DNA of 64,000 nucleotides from Candidatus Omnitrophota bacterium (GCA_035402765.1 DAONDX010000002.1:1173-65172); one strand, 5' to 3'. Counted from the stretch's first letter, positions 27,993 to 37,249 are shown. Translations and numbers: made by a program. Notes: a model not told the origin generated them from the letters alone.

Positions 27993-29777
27993 TTACCACT
28001 CCAGCCTAAAACCTGCCTGAATATACCTGCCTGGCTGGGGTATGCCGGGGATATCCTGGTATTCTACATTAAGAATATTGGTAGCGCTTAAAAGAAGCTT
28101 GGAGTTTTGGCTTAAATTATAGCTTAACCCGGCATTCAAGAGCAGCCAGCCGCGGCGGCCAGGCCGCTGTTTATAATTAAACCCGATCTCCTGCCGGCCA
28201 AAAGGCAGGTTTAGGCTAAAAACAGTGTTTGCTAAATGCCGCGCATAATTCGGACCGTATTTATAAAGATACCCCTGATTATTTATTACTTTATCCGTAT
28301 AGGCATAATTAGCATCTAAACTGAATACCTGATTAAATTTTTTATGCAAAGAATACTCCAGGCCAAAAACATCATCGGAGGTAATATTACGGGCCTGCCA
28401 TTTTGAGGAAGCAGACGACCTGACCCAATCAATCATCTGTTCTTCCTGGCGCAAGAATAAAACCAGCCCTTGCGAAAATTTTTCCTGGTTTAGCTCAAAA
28501 CCTGCCTGATAGTTCCAGACCTTCTCAACCGTTAAATCAGGATTACCCAGCGTAGTCGGATCATTATAGTAAAGCTCGGTAAATGACGGGATGCGCATGC
28601 TCCTGGAAATGCCGACATTAAAAGCCGCCTGAGCATTAAGTTTTAATTTTAAGCTGAAGGAGCCGGTGCAAATCCGGTCAAATTCGGAAAGATCATCCAG
28701 GCGTAAAGAAAAACCTAAATCCCACCATTTCCCCAGGGCCAATCCATCATCCAAAAACAGACTTTGGCGTTGACGATCATGATTACCCAGATTAGTCGAA
28801 GTAATTTTCTCCTGTGCCCACTCGATACCCAACCCCGTCTTGCCTAAAAAACCGGTTTCCTTTTGCAAGTAAATACTGGGGACAAACATATCTGTGCAAT
28901 GATTATTATAATCAGCAATTCTCTGATCAAGAGCGAATTTATCAAAATGCCGCCGCCAAAGAAAGTTCGGTTTTATTAATAAATATTCCTTATTTAAGCT
29001 GGCGGAGCTATTCAATAAATAGGTGCTGGTCCATTCCCGGGAAGGATAGCCCAGTCCGGGAGTATAAAAATCGTAAGCCCCATATTCTTTTTGCTGGTAA
29101 CCGAAATTATTCTCCCAATTACCCAGCGGCAGCTGCAAATCCGCCGCTAAACTGGCGGTAAATTTTTTATAATCCGTATCCGGGCGAAAGCCCTTAGACT
29201 GCGCATCCTCAACCGAAACTCTAAAACCTAAATCTTTAAATTTATCGCTGACGCTAAATAATCCATAACCGTTGCGCTGGGAGCCTGCGGCAGACTCCCA
29301 GACTATTTTTTGCCCGGCAGGATCTCTCAGTATAAAATTTACCGCCCCGCCCACCGCATCCGAGCCGAACAAAGATGAGCTTGCCCCGGGAATTACTTCA
29401 ATTTTTTTAACATCTTCCTTAGTAAAGGGTATTTCCGTATTATAATGTCCGGTCTGCGGATCGTTGATACGTTGGCCGTTCAGCAAAATTAGTACCTGCG
29501 AGAAAGCGGCTCCCCGCAGCGAAAAATCCGTTTGAATACCGCCGGATAAAGCCCGGCTCTGCAGATCGATCGGCAGGTTGGTTAAATTTTCCAGGCTGGA
29601 TTGATAATTAAAAGCGTTCGTTCGGAGGGAATCTGTGGAATAGCTATTTAAAAGGAATTGTTCCTGCTTAGTGATGACCAGAGGTTCTAATTCCTGGGAG
29701 TCGGCTTCCCAGGCAAGCGCTAGCGCGGGTAAAAAAAAGAAAAGCAGGAAAAAACGCTTTATAATTATTCCGGACAT
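27993..29777 (-). CDS. TonB-dependent outer-membrane receptor-like beta-barrel
   Basis: Signal peptide, plug-like N-terminus, repeated beta-strand pattern, aromatic C-terminus (FRLEW). Confidence 0.6.
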   Translation of the reverse strand: MSGIIIKRFFLLFFFLPALALAWEADSQELEPLVITKQEQFLLNSYSTDSLRTNAFNYQSSLENLTNLPIDLQSRALSGGIQTDFSLRGAAFSQVLILLNGQRINDPQTGHYNTEIPFTKEDVKKIEVIPGASSSLFGSDAVGGAVNFILRDPAGQKIVWESAAGSQRNGYGLFSVSDKFKDLGFRVSVEDAQSKGFRPDTDYKKFTASLAADLQLPLGNWENNFGYQQKEYGAYDFYTPGLGYPSREWTSTYLLNSSASLNKEYLLIKPNFLWRRHFDKFALDQRIADYNNHCTDMFVPSIYLQKETGFLGKTGLGIEWAQEKITSTNLGNHDRQRQSLFLDDGLALGKWWDLGFSLRLDDLSEFDRICTGSFSLKLKLNAQAAFNVGISRSMRIPSFTELYYNDPTTLGNPDLTVEKVWNYQAGFELNQEKFSQGLVLFLRQEEQMIDWVRSSASSKWQARNITSDDVFGLEYSLHKKFNQVFSLDANYAYTDKVINNQGYLYKYGPNYARHLANTVFSLNLPFGRQEIGFNYKQRPGRRGWLLLNAGLSYNLSQNSKLLLSATNILNVEYQDIPGIPQPGRYIQAGFRLEW

Positions 29778-29783
29778 AAGACA

Positions 29784-29811
29784 ATTATAAAGCGGGGAAA
29801 TTAACTGTCAA
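29784..29811 (-). promoter_or_regulatory. Near-consensus promoter TTGACA-16-TATAAT ending 6 nt before the ATG of the receptor gene (predicts a leaderless mRNA)
   Basis: Seen directly; no SD between the -10 and the ATG. Confidence 0.4.
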
Positions 29812-29835
29812 CTAATAATATAACAATGGTTTACA

Positions 29836-30792
29836 TTACCGGCAGGTCGTCACATCACCGCTGGAAATTCTTTGCATCAAACCGGAATCTTTACGGATCA
29901 GTAAAGCACCATCCTGATCGATATCAACAGCCTGGCCTTCGATATGTTTATTCTGATAACAAACCTTAACCCGCGTGCCTAAGGTTTGCGTAAAATTACG
30001 CCACTTATTAATAATTTCCTGGCTCCCCTTATTCTCCAGGATGAAATAATTACTTTCTATCTTGCGTAAAAGCTCCTGCAATATCGTTACCCGGTTAAGA
30101 TCCTGGTCTTGGGATTCTTTCAATGAAGTCGCCTGCGGGATTAATGATTTTTTATCATTGTTAACATTTAAACCAATTCCGATTACCACAAAATTAACTT
30201 TATCCACTTCGGCATTCATTTCCGTTAAGATTCCGGCAATCTTCTTACCCCGCATCAATACATCATTAGGCCACTTGATTTGCGCATCCTCTCCGGTGGT
30301 TTCTTTTACCGCTTCACAAATACTCACCGCGCTCATTAAGGTTAAGATCGGGCAAGCATTGGGAAGAATCCGGGGCCTTAAAATCAACGACAGGTAAATT
30401 CCTTTATATTTAGGCGAAAACCATTCCCGGCCTAATCTGCCGCGGCCTTTAATTTGTGATTCCGCCAATACCAGTGTCCCATTGACGGCCCCCGCCATGC
30501 CTAGCTGCATAGCCTGATCCATGGTAGAAGCTAAATAATCAAAATAATGGATCTTGCGGCCGATAAATTTTGCATTCAGGTTGCGGGAGACTTCAAAAAC
30601 AAAAAGCCGGTCCGGACAAGCTTCAAGGCGATAACCTAAATGCGGGACCGCTACGATTTCATAACCGGAATCCTTTAACTCCTGGATGTGCTTCCATAGA
30701 CCCTGGCGGGTGATCCCGAGATGCTTACTAATCTGATCTCCGGAAAGATAATCATGTTTTTTACTTAAATATTCCAGTATTTTTTCTTTCAC
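29836..30792 (-). CDS. birA: Bifunctional biotin-protein ligase / biotin-operon repressor; GTG start
   Basis: N-terminal HTH ISKHLGITRQGLWKHIQEL; BPL catalytic domain with GRGRLGREW. Confidence 0.8.
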   Translation of the reverse strand: MKEKILEYLSKKHDYLSGDQISKHLGITRQGLWKHIQELKDSGYEIVAVPHLGYRLEACPDRLFVFEVSRNLNAKFIGRKIHYFDYLASTMDQAMQLGMAGAVNGTLVLAESQIKGRGRLGREWFSPKYKGIYLSLILRPRILPNACPILTLMSAVSICEAVKETTGEDAQIKWPNDVLMRGKKIAGILTEMNAEVDKVNFVVIGIGLNVNNDKKSLIPQATSLKESQDQDLNRVTILQELLRKIESNYFILENKGSQEIINKWRNFTQTLGTRVKVCYQNKHIEGQAVDIDQDGALLIRKDSGLMQRISSGDVTTCR

Positions 30793-30880
30793 CCCGCACC
30801 TTCTTTTATTGAATACATTAAAACCATTGATTTAAAAGTGAACGATTAAGAAGGTGCGGGGTTCATCCCACACCTTCTGC
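30793..30880 (-). repeat. Intercistronic element copy 4 (88 nt) with a double hairpin
   Basis: Minus strand: TAA gcAGAAGGTGTGGGatgaaCCCCGCACCTTCT-...-AAAAGAAGGTGCGGGGtg. The anti-SD segment can pair with either flanking SD-like segment. Confidence 0.7.
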
Positions 30881-31927
30881 TTAAGCTGACCTCTTCTTAA
30901 GATACTCTTCAAATTTACCCCAGAAGGGGTCAATCCTGGGATGTTTAAGTTTATAATTTCTATTCCCGTCTAAAACCCGCATACCTTTGGAGTAATCTGT
31001 TACCTGACCGACAACACTAGCCGCAATACCCGCATCTTCCAGGCCGGCGACAATGGCTTTGGCTTTTTTCTTATCGGCAGTAGCCAAAAGGGTGCCTTCA
31101 CTAATTGATTTATAGGGATCGATATCAAAACACTCACAGGTCAGCTTGACGGCTTCCTGCAGAACTATTTTCTGTAAGTCAATGCACATGCCTACCCGGC
31201 TGTGCTGGGCGATTTCAAAAAGCCCGCCCCAGACTCCGCATTCAGTAGCATCATGCATCGCGGTCACTCCGCCGATTCTGGAAGCGATCTGCGCATCCCG
31301 GACGGTAGACATTTGGTAAAAAACATTTTGAGCCCGCTTAACAAAAGATTTTCCGTAGCGGGCTTCTAAAAATTCCGGAAAATAAGCGCTCATTAAACCC
31401 GTTGTTTCGATCGCCGGCCCCTTGGAAATGATAATCGCATCCCCTATCCTGGCCTGAGGATTGACCAAGTCTTTCTTCCGGCCTAAACCCAGCATTGTTG
31501 CTCCGCCGACCATCGGATAATTACATCCGGCATAACGGGCAGTATGTCCGGTAACCACGCTGATCTTTAACTTCCGGCATTCCCGGTGCACCGCATCCCA
31601 AGCCCCGGCCAATTCTTTTTCAGTCATTTCCGGAGGAAGATTCAAATCTACCGCTAAATATTTCGGGGCGATGCCGCTGACTGCTACATCACTGGCCAGG
31701 ATATGTACCGCAAACCAAGCCGCCTTTTCTAATCCTAATTCCCGGGCAAAGTAAAAAGGATCGGTCGAGAGCACCATTACTTTACGGCCTAAATCCACTA
31801 CCCCGAAATCTACCCCATTTTGCGGGCCCACGATAACCGACCGGTCAGGTGAACCTAATTTACGATAAATGTGCTGATTAAAAAAATTCGGATGGACTTT
31901 GCCTAATTTAGGCAGATTATTTTTCAT
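30881..31927 (-). CDS. PurM/AIR-synthase-related superfamily protein (HypE/ThiL-like); precise family unresolved
   Basis: N-terminal GxDxGV-type motif (NGVDFGVVDLG) and the PurM-like C-domain pattern. Confidence 0.45.
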   Translation of the reverse strand: MKNNLPKLGKVHPNFFNQHIYRKLGSPDRSVIVGPQNGVDFGVVDLGRKVMVLSTDPFYFARELGLEKAAWFAVHILASDVAVSGIAPKYLAVDLNLPPEMTEKELAGAWDAVHRECRKLKISVVTGHTARYAGCNYPMVGGATMLGLGRKKDLVNPQARIGDAIIISKGPAIETTGLMSAYFPEFLEARYGKSFVKRAQNVFYQMSTVRDAQIASRIGGVTAMHDATECGVWGGLFEIAQHSRVGMCIDLQKIVLQEAVKLTCECFDIDPYKSISEGTLLATADKKKAKAIVAGLEDAGIAASVVGQVTDYSKGMRVLDGNRNYKLKHPRIDPFWGKFEEYLKKRSA

Positions 31928-33077
31928 AAAGAGGTGACATCGCGCGTAATTTTTTTACCACCGGGGGCAATTTTTCCAGAAGATAATCTATGTCGGTTTC
32001 CTTAGTCCAACGCCCTAAAGTAATTCTCAATGACCCATGCGCTGTGGCATGATCTAAACCGATCGCCAATAAAACATGCGAAGGTTCAAGAGAGCTGGAG
32101 GTACAGGCTGAACCGGTAGAACAGGCGATCCCCAGCATATCCAGGCTTAAAAGCATTGACTCCCCTTCGATGTATCTAATGGAAAAATTCACGTTATTGG
32201 GTAATCTCTGAGTCGGATGTCCGTTAAGCCGGACTTCCGGGATCCTGGCGGGGATCTCCTTGATTAACCTGTCCCGCAGCGCGCTCTGAAACTTAATTTC
32301 ATCCTGCATCTTACTCCGGCAAAGTTCGACCGCTTTAGCTAATCCCACAATGCCGGTAGTATTATGCGTAGAAGCCCGCCTTCCCTTTTCCTGATCTCCG
32401 CCGCGCATAAACGTTTCAAGCCGCGTTCCTTTTCTGACATACAAAGCTCCCACCCCTTTGGGAGCGTAAAATTTATGGCCCGAAAGCGATAAAAGATCGA
32501 CGTTCAGCTCATCAACATTGATCGGAATATGCCCCATAGTCTGCACGGCATCCGTATGGAATAAAATTCCTTTATCACCGGCCAGCCGGCCTAATTGCGC
32601 GATCGGCTGCAGTGTTCCGATCTCATTATTCGCCTGCATAATGCTGATTAAAATAGTTTTATCAGTAATTGCTTTCTTTAAATCATCCGGAGAAACTAAC
32701 CCGTCTTTGTCTACGCCCAGATAAGTAATTTTAAAACCTTTCTTTTCCAAAAATTCCGCCGGCTGGCTGATGGCATGATGTTCAATAGCCGAAGTTATAA
32801 TGTGATTCCCCTTCTTCTCTAAAGCATAAGCGGCGCCTAAAAGAGCGTAATTATCGGATTCTGTGCCGCCGGAGGTAAAAACAATCTCTTCAGGTTTTGC
32901 CCCGATAAAATCCGCCAATGTTTGACGGCTATCCTCTAAAGCTCCTTTGGCCTCCTGGCCATAGGCGTGCAAACTTGAAGCGTTGCCAAATTTCTCAAAG
33001 AAATACGGCTCCATAGCCCTGATCACTTCCGGGTCAGTAGGAGTAGTTGCCGCATAATCTAAATACACTTTTTTCAC
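31917..33077 (-). CDS. iscS: Cysteine desulfurase (NifS/IscS class V aminotransferase); GTG start
   Basis: SGHKFYAPKGVGALYV PLP-Lys region; C-terminal Cys loop SACTS. Confidence 0.85.
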   Translation of the reverse strand: MKKVYLDYAATTPTDPEVIRAMEPYFFEKFGNASSLHAYGQEAKGALEDSRQTLADFIGAKPEEIVFTSGGTESDNYALLGAAYALEKKGNHIITSAIEHHAISQPAEFLEKKGFKITYLGVDKDGLVSPDDLKKAITDKTILISIMQANNEIGTLQPIAQLGRLAGDKGILFHTDAVQTMGHIPINVDELNVDLLSLSGHKFYAPKGVGALYVRKGTRLETFMRGGDQEKGRRASTHNTTGIVGLAKAVELCRSKMQDEIKFQSALRDRLIKEIPARIPEVRLNGHPTQRLPNNVNFSIRYIEGESMLLSLDMLGIACSTGSACTSSSLEPSHVLLAIGLDHATAHGSLRITLGRWTKETDIDYLLEKLPPVVKKLRAMSPLYEK

Positions 33078-33151
33078 GCCACACCTTCTTTCTTAATTCA
33101 ATCTATAAACCTACGGCTTCCAATCTTAATCTTTGTAAGATACCTGGGCGG
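33078..33151 (-). repeat. Intercistronic element copy 5 (74 nt)
   Basis: Minus strand: TGA ...GGTTTATAGATTGAATTAAGAAAGAAGGTGTGGCgtg. The 3' ~36 nt is almost identical to copy 3. Confidence 0.65.
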
Positions 33152-33958
33152 TCATCTTCCGATCACTTCATTTAAACTGCCTGTCCGATAACCTTCCAAA
33201 TCTACCGTGATATAGTTATAACCTATTTTTTTAAATCGCTCAACGATCAGGCGCCGTTTACGCAGTAAACGCCAAAGATCGCTCTGGTTTACTTCAATAC
33301 GGCAAAGATTATTATGATGCCGCAAGCGCACCTGCTCAAAACCCAGGCGGTTTAAATATGTTTCAGCCTGGTCAACGCGCTTAAGCAGACTGGCTGTAAT
33401 TTTAACTCCGTAAGGTATCCGCGAAGCCAAACAAGCCAGGCTGGGTTTATTCCAGCTGGAAAGGCCCAGCTTCCTGCTTATTCTGCGAATATCATTTTTA
33501 TCAAAACCTGCCTGGATCAAAGGCGATTTTATTTTAAGTTCACGTTTAGCCATATTTCCCGGCCGGTAGTCCTGCTGGTCTGAAAGGCTGCCAGCCTCCA
33601 AAACAAAATTTAATTTATTTTGTTTAGCCAGGGCGGTTAACTTTAGAAAAAGTTCTTGTTTACAAAAATAACAACGCCTAACAGGATTGGCCGTAAATTT
33701 GCGGTTATTCAGTTCTCCGGTTCTAATAACCTTAAGCCTCACCCCAATTTGCCTAGCCAAAACTTTTGCTTTAGCTAACTCATCTTTAGGATAAGTGGCT
33801 GAAACAGCGGTTACCGCTAAAACCTTATCCTTCGGCAACACCAACGCACAAATCTTAAGCAGAAACGCGCTATCCTGTCCGCCGGAAAATGCTACGAGAA
33901 CTGATTGATACGAGGAAATTATATGCTTAAGGCGACTGAGCTTATTCCGAAAAACCAT
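33152..33958 (-). CDS. PP-loop ATP pyrophosphatase of the LarE / TIGR00268 type (sulfur-transferase-like)
   Basis: VAFSGGQDSAFLL PP-loop; ~268 aa, typical for the family. Confidence 0.6.
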   Translation of the reverse strand: MVFRNKLSRLKHIISSYQSVLVAFSGGQDSAFLLKICALVLPKDKVLAVTAVSATYPKDELAKAKVLARQIGVRLKVIRTGELNNRKFTANPVRRCYFCKQELFLKLTALAKQNKLNFVLEAGSLSDQQDYRPGNMAKRELKIKSPLIQAGFDKNDIRRISRKLGLSSWNKPSLACLASRIPYGVKITASLLKRVDQAETYLNRLGFEQVRLRHHNNLCRIEVNQSDLWRLLRKRRLIVERFKKIGYNYITVDLEGYRTGSLNEVIGR

Positions 33959-33970
33959 AGCAAACTATTT

Positions 33971-34192
33971 TTACAGAGCAACAACTTCTTTGATCCCCGG
34001 AACTTCCTGTCTTAAAATTTTCTCAATTCCGTTCTTTAAAGTCATTGAGCTCATCGGACAGCATCCGCAGCTTCCTTTGAGTTTTAATTTGACGATCCCG
34101 TCAGATGTCACATCCACCAATTCCACATTCCCGCCATCAGCCATTAACATCGGCCTGACTTTATCTAATGCCTTTTCGATTTTCTCTCTCAT
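33971..34192 (-). CDS. nfu: NifU-like Fe-S cluster scaffold (Nfu-type, 73 aa); start at the internal Met (MREKIEKAL...)
   Basis: GSCGCCPMS motif. SD AAGGAG lies 7 nt upstream of this ATG. The 5' extension of the listed ORF covers the conserved non-coding motif. Confidence 0.65.
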   Translation of the reverse strand: MREKIEKALDKVRPMLMADGGNVELVDVTSDGIVKLKLKGSCGCCPMSSMTLKNGIEKILRQEVPGIKEVVAL

Positions 34193-34207
34193 TTTTATTC
34201 TCCTTGC

Positions 34208-34257
34208 GTACGAACACGACACCGGCGCGCTTCCCATAAGGGCCGGGTGTATTCCTG
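34208..34257 (-). ncRNA. Conserved ~55-nt leader motif, copy 2 (minus sense AGGAATACACCCGGCcCTTATggGAAgcGCGCCGGTGTCGTGTTCgTaC), immediately 5' of the nfu SD
   Basis: About 85% identical to 16144..16197. Confidence 0.5.
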
Positions 34258-34351
34258 TTCTAATTAGACGACCGCGGCGTAATTCTGCAAACGCCAGATG
34301 CCAAGTTACTGATATTCTATTTAATTGTACCACCCTAAAAAAAGCCTGCAA

Positions 34352-35263
34352 CTAAAAGTTATTTTCCGATAAATAGTGAAAAACTCCTAAAGCAGCTTTC
34401 GCCCCTTCCCCGGCAGCAATAATAATCTGTTTTTCCGGGACATCCGTTACGTCTCCGGCGGCAAAAATGCCCGGGATATTTGTTTGGTTGCGTAAATTAA
34501 TAACAATTTCGTTTTTTGAGTTTTTTTCTACACCCCTGACAAATGCAGAATTGGGGATCAAACCGATCTCCACAAATACCCCCTGCACCGCCAGCTCATT
34601 CTCTTTAAGGTTATTTTTTATTTTTATGCCTTGCACAAACCGATTGCCCAATACCGCGGTAACCGAAGTATTATTTAAGACCGTAACATTAGCCGCACCT
34701 TCTACCTTTCGCAGCATGACTGCATCACCGGATAGGTGCGAAGCGTTGTTTACCAAATAAATGTGCTTGGCGATTCTAATCAGCTGTAAAACCGCATCCA
34801 GCGCAGAATTTCCTCCGCCGATTACCGCAATTTCCCGGCCGGCAAACAAGGGGCCATCACAAGTAGCGCAATAGGTCAGTCCGCGATTCTTAAATTCCTT
34901 TTCCCCGGGGACATATAGTTCTTTCGACTTTTTTCCAGAAGCAATGATCAGGCTTCTAGCCTGATAATCTGCTTTATTGGTTTTTAAGCGGATAACCGAA
35001 CCGGTTTTCTCTAAACCCAAAACCTCTTCATTTTCTCTAATCGCAGCGCCGTATTTAAGCACATGCTCCTGAAATTTCTGCGCCAGTTCCGGGCCGGTAA
35101 TAAATTGATAACCGGTATAATTTTCAATCTCTCCGCTCCAGGCGGCCTGGCCTCCGATATCCAGGCTGACCATCAAAAAATCTAATCTTTTTCTGGCCGC
35201 ATAGACCCCGGCGGTAATCCCTGCCGGGCCGGCGCCGACAATAATTAAATCGTAAATTTTCAT
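34352..35263 (-). CDS. trxB: Thioredoxin-disulfide reductase
   Basis: GAGPAG FAD motif; redox-active CATCDG. Confidence 0.85.
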   Translation of the reverse strand: MKIYDLIIVGAGPAGITAGVYAARKRLDFLMVSLDIGGQAAWSGEIENYTGYQFITGPELAQKFQEHVLKYGAAIRENEEVLGLEKTGSVIRLKTNKADYQARSLIIASGKKSKELYVPGEKEFKNRGLTYCATCDGPLFAGREIAVIGGGNSALDAVLQLIRIAKHIYLVNNASHLSGDAVMLRKVEGAANVTVLNNTSVTAVLGNRFVQGIKIKNNLKENELAVQGVFVEIGLIPNSAFVRGVEKNSKNEIVINLRNQTNIPGIFAAGDVTDVPEKQIIIAAGEGAKAALGVFHYLSENNF

Positions 35264-35290
35264 TTCTAGATTAATCTTTTAGGAATATTT

Positions 35291-35527
35291 TTATAGCCCT
35301 AAAGCTAATTTAATTCTTTCTTTATCAAAACCTACAATAATTTCTCCATCGATATCCAATACCGGGACCCCCATCTGGCCGGTTTTAGCCATCATCTCAT
35401 CTGCAGCCAGCTGATCGCCGGAAACATCCAGATTTTCAAACTCAATGTTATTTTCTTTTAAAAATTGCTTGACTCTTATGCACCAGGGGCAAGTCGAAGT
35501 GCTGTAAACTTTTACGCTTTTAACCAT
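35291..35527 (-). CDS. Glutaredoxin/NrdH-like small thiol-disulfide oxidoreductase
   Basis: CPWC active site; 78 aa. Confidence 0.7.
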   Translation of the reverse strand: MVKSVKVYSTSTCPWCIRVKQFLKENNIEFENLDVSGDQLAADEMMAKTGQMGVPVLDIDGEIIVGFDKERIKLALGL

Positions 35528-35529
35528 GG

Positions 35530-36018
35530 TTAACCTCCTTGTCTGCCATCAGGTAAACCTTTTAAATGCTGGGGGGCAAGATCAACTATTTCCTCGACCT
35601 CTAAAACGATCAAATGTTTAGGATGCGGCAGGCTGGCCTCCGGATGATGCTGCTGACCTTGGCCTTGAACTAAATTTTTTAATAACCTTTTGGTCAGGCG
35701 CGAAGTAATATTATCCTCCCAGACCTTAATCATTTCCTGGGAAATAGCCTCATCCTGGACTTTCCGGGCTAAACCCTTAAGGCAGTAACCGCTGAACTTG
35801 TGTTCATCTACAAAACTAATACTTATCCTCCGGTTATGATCTATATTTCCGCTGGTTACTCCATGATAAACATCAACCAGATAAATCTCTCCGGCCGGAT
35901 CAATTTTGACAACCGCCTTGCATGAGTTATGCGGAAACCCGTTTTTGTCGATTGAAGATACCATCACAAAACCCTGGGTACGTAAAAAATCGACGACTGC
36001 CGCCGGTACCGGTTTCAT
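35530..36018 (-). CDS. Pyridoxamine 5'-phosphate oxidase-like FMN-binding split-barrel protein
   Basis: Size and hydrophobic pattern of the PNPOx-like fold; weak. Confidence 0.45.
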   Translation of the reverse strand: MKPVPAAVVDFLRTQGFVMVSSIDKNGFPHNSCKAVVKIDPAGEIYLVDVYHGVTSGNIDHNRRISISFVDEHKFSGYCLKGLARKVQDEAISQEMIKVWEDNITSRLTKRLLKNLVQGQGQQHHPEASLPHPKHLIVLEVEEIVDLAPQHLKGLPDGRQGG

Positions 36019-37202
36019 TTTAAGCCTTCCGCAAATTTACTGCCGAATTCAAAACAACCGGCCAGCTCCTCGGGATTAGGGACATATTTGCACGACAATT
36101 CTAAATTACTCTGATCGATTCCGCTGCTTTTAAGCATCTCCTGCATTTCCTTAGTCGCCCCTCCGGCCCATCCATATGATCCGAAAAAACCCACTTTTCT
36201 GCCTTTCGGCTTTAAACCTTTGACAATTTCCAAGAATGCGGCGATATTAGGCAGCATATCATTGTCATGAGTAGATGAGCCGAAAATAAATCCTTTAGCT
36301 GACAGCATCTGGGCAATCACTTCCGTGCGGTCACTTTGAGCTACATCATAAAGTTTGACTTCCATGCCCTTAGCAGCTAACCCCTCAACGATCTTCCTGG
36401 CCATCTTTTCCGTTGATCCCCACATCGTTTCATAGATGACCACGACTTTATCCTTAGTTTCTCCTTTAGCCCAAGCAGCATAGGCATTAATTATTTTACC
36501 CGGATCTTTACGCCAGATAATTCCATGGCTGGGAGCGATCATTTTGATCGGGATATTCAGTTTCTGAATATCCTGGATCTTTCTCAGGATCACCGCCCCC
36601 AGCGGCCAAAGAATATTCGCATAATACTTTTCCGCTTCATCCATTAAAGTACACTGATCGACCTGATCATCAAATTGGCTGCTGGAAGCAAAATGCTGGC
36701 CGAATGCGTCATTCGGCAAAAGCAGTTCATCTTGCGGGCAATAAGTAAACATGCTATCCGGCCAATGGATCATCGGGGCTTCAATGAAGCTAAGCGTCCG
36801 CCTGCCCAGCTTCAATTGATCATTAGTTTTAACGATCTGGAAATCCCAATTTTTGTAATAATGTTTATACAGGCCTTCCTGGCATTTAGCGGTGCCAAAA
36901 ATCTTGGCCTTGGGACAAAGCGCCATAACCGCCGGCAGCGCTCCGGAGTGATCTGACTCTACGTGATTGGCGATCACATAATCAATCTTTTCCGGGGGAA
37001 TAACCGCTTTAATATTATCAATCAATTCCTGGGCAAATGGACCGTAAACAGTATCAATCAGCGTAATTTTCTCATCAATAATCAGATAAGCGTTATAGCT
37101 GGATCCTCTTTGTGTAGTATAAGTATGGCCGTGGAAATTGCGCACATTCCAATCCACCACGCCTACGGAATATATATCCGGTAATATTTTTATGGCTGCC
37201 AT
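36015..37202 (-). CDS. Flavodiiron protein (metallo-beta-lactamase-like di-iron domain plus flavodoxin domain; O2/NO reductase)
   Basis: HxExDH di-iron motif (HVESDHSG); C-terminal flavodoxin-like segment. Confidence 0.8.
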   Translation of the reverse strand: MAAIKILPDIYSVGVVDWNVRNFHGHTYTTQRGSSYNAYLIIDEKITLIDTVYGPFAQELIDNIKAVIPPEKIDYVIANHVESDHSGALPAVMALCPKAKIFGTAKCQEGLYKHYYKNWDFQIVKTNDQLKLGRRTLSFIEAPMIHWPDSMFTYCPQDELLLPNDAFGQHFASSSQFDDQVDQCTLMDEAEKYYANILWPLGAVILRKIQDIQKLNIPIKMIAPSHGIIWRKDPGKIINAYAAWAKGETKDKVVVIYETMWGSTEKMARKIVEGLAAKGMEVKLYDVAQSDRTEVIAQMLSAKGFIFGSSTHDNDMLPNIAAFLEIVKGLKPKGRKVGFFGSYGWAGGATKEMQEMLKSSGIDQSNLELSCKYVPNPEELAGCFEFGSKFAEGLK

Positions 37203-37249
37203 AAATTCCTCCTGCGTTAACCTTCCTCTTCTATAGTCTCCGGCGTTTT

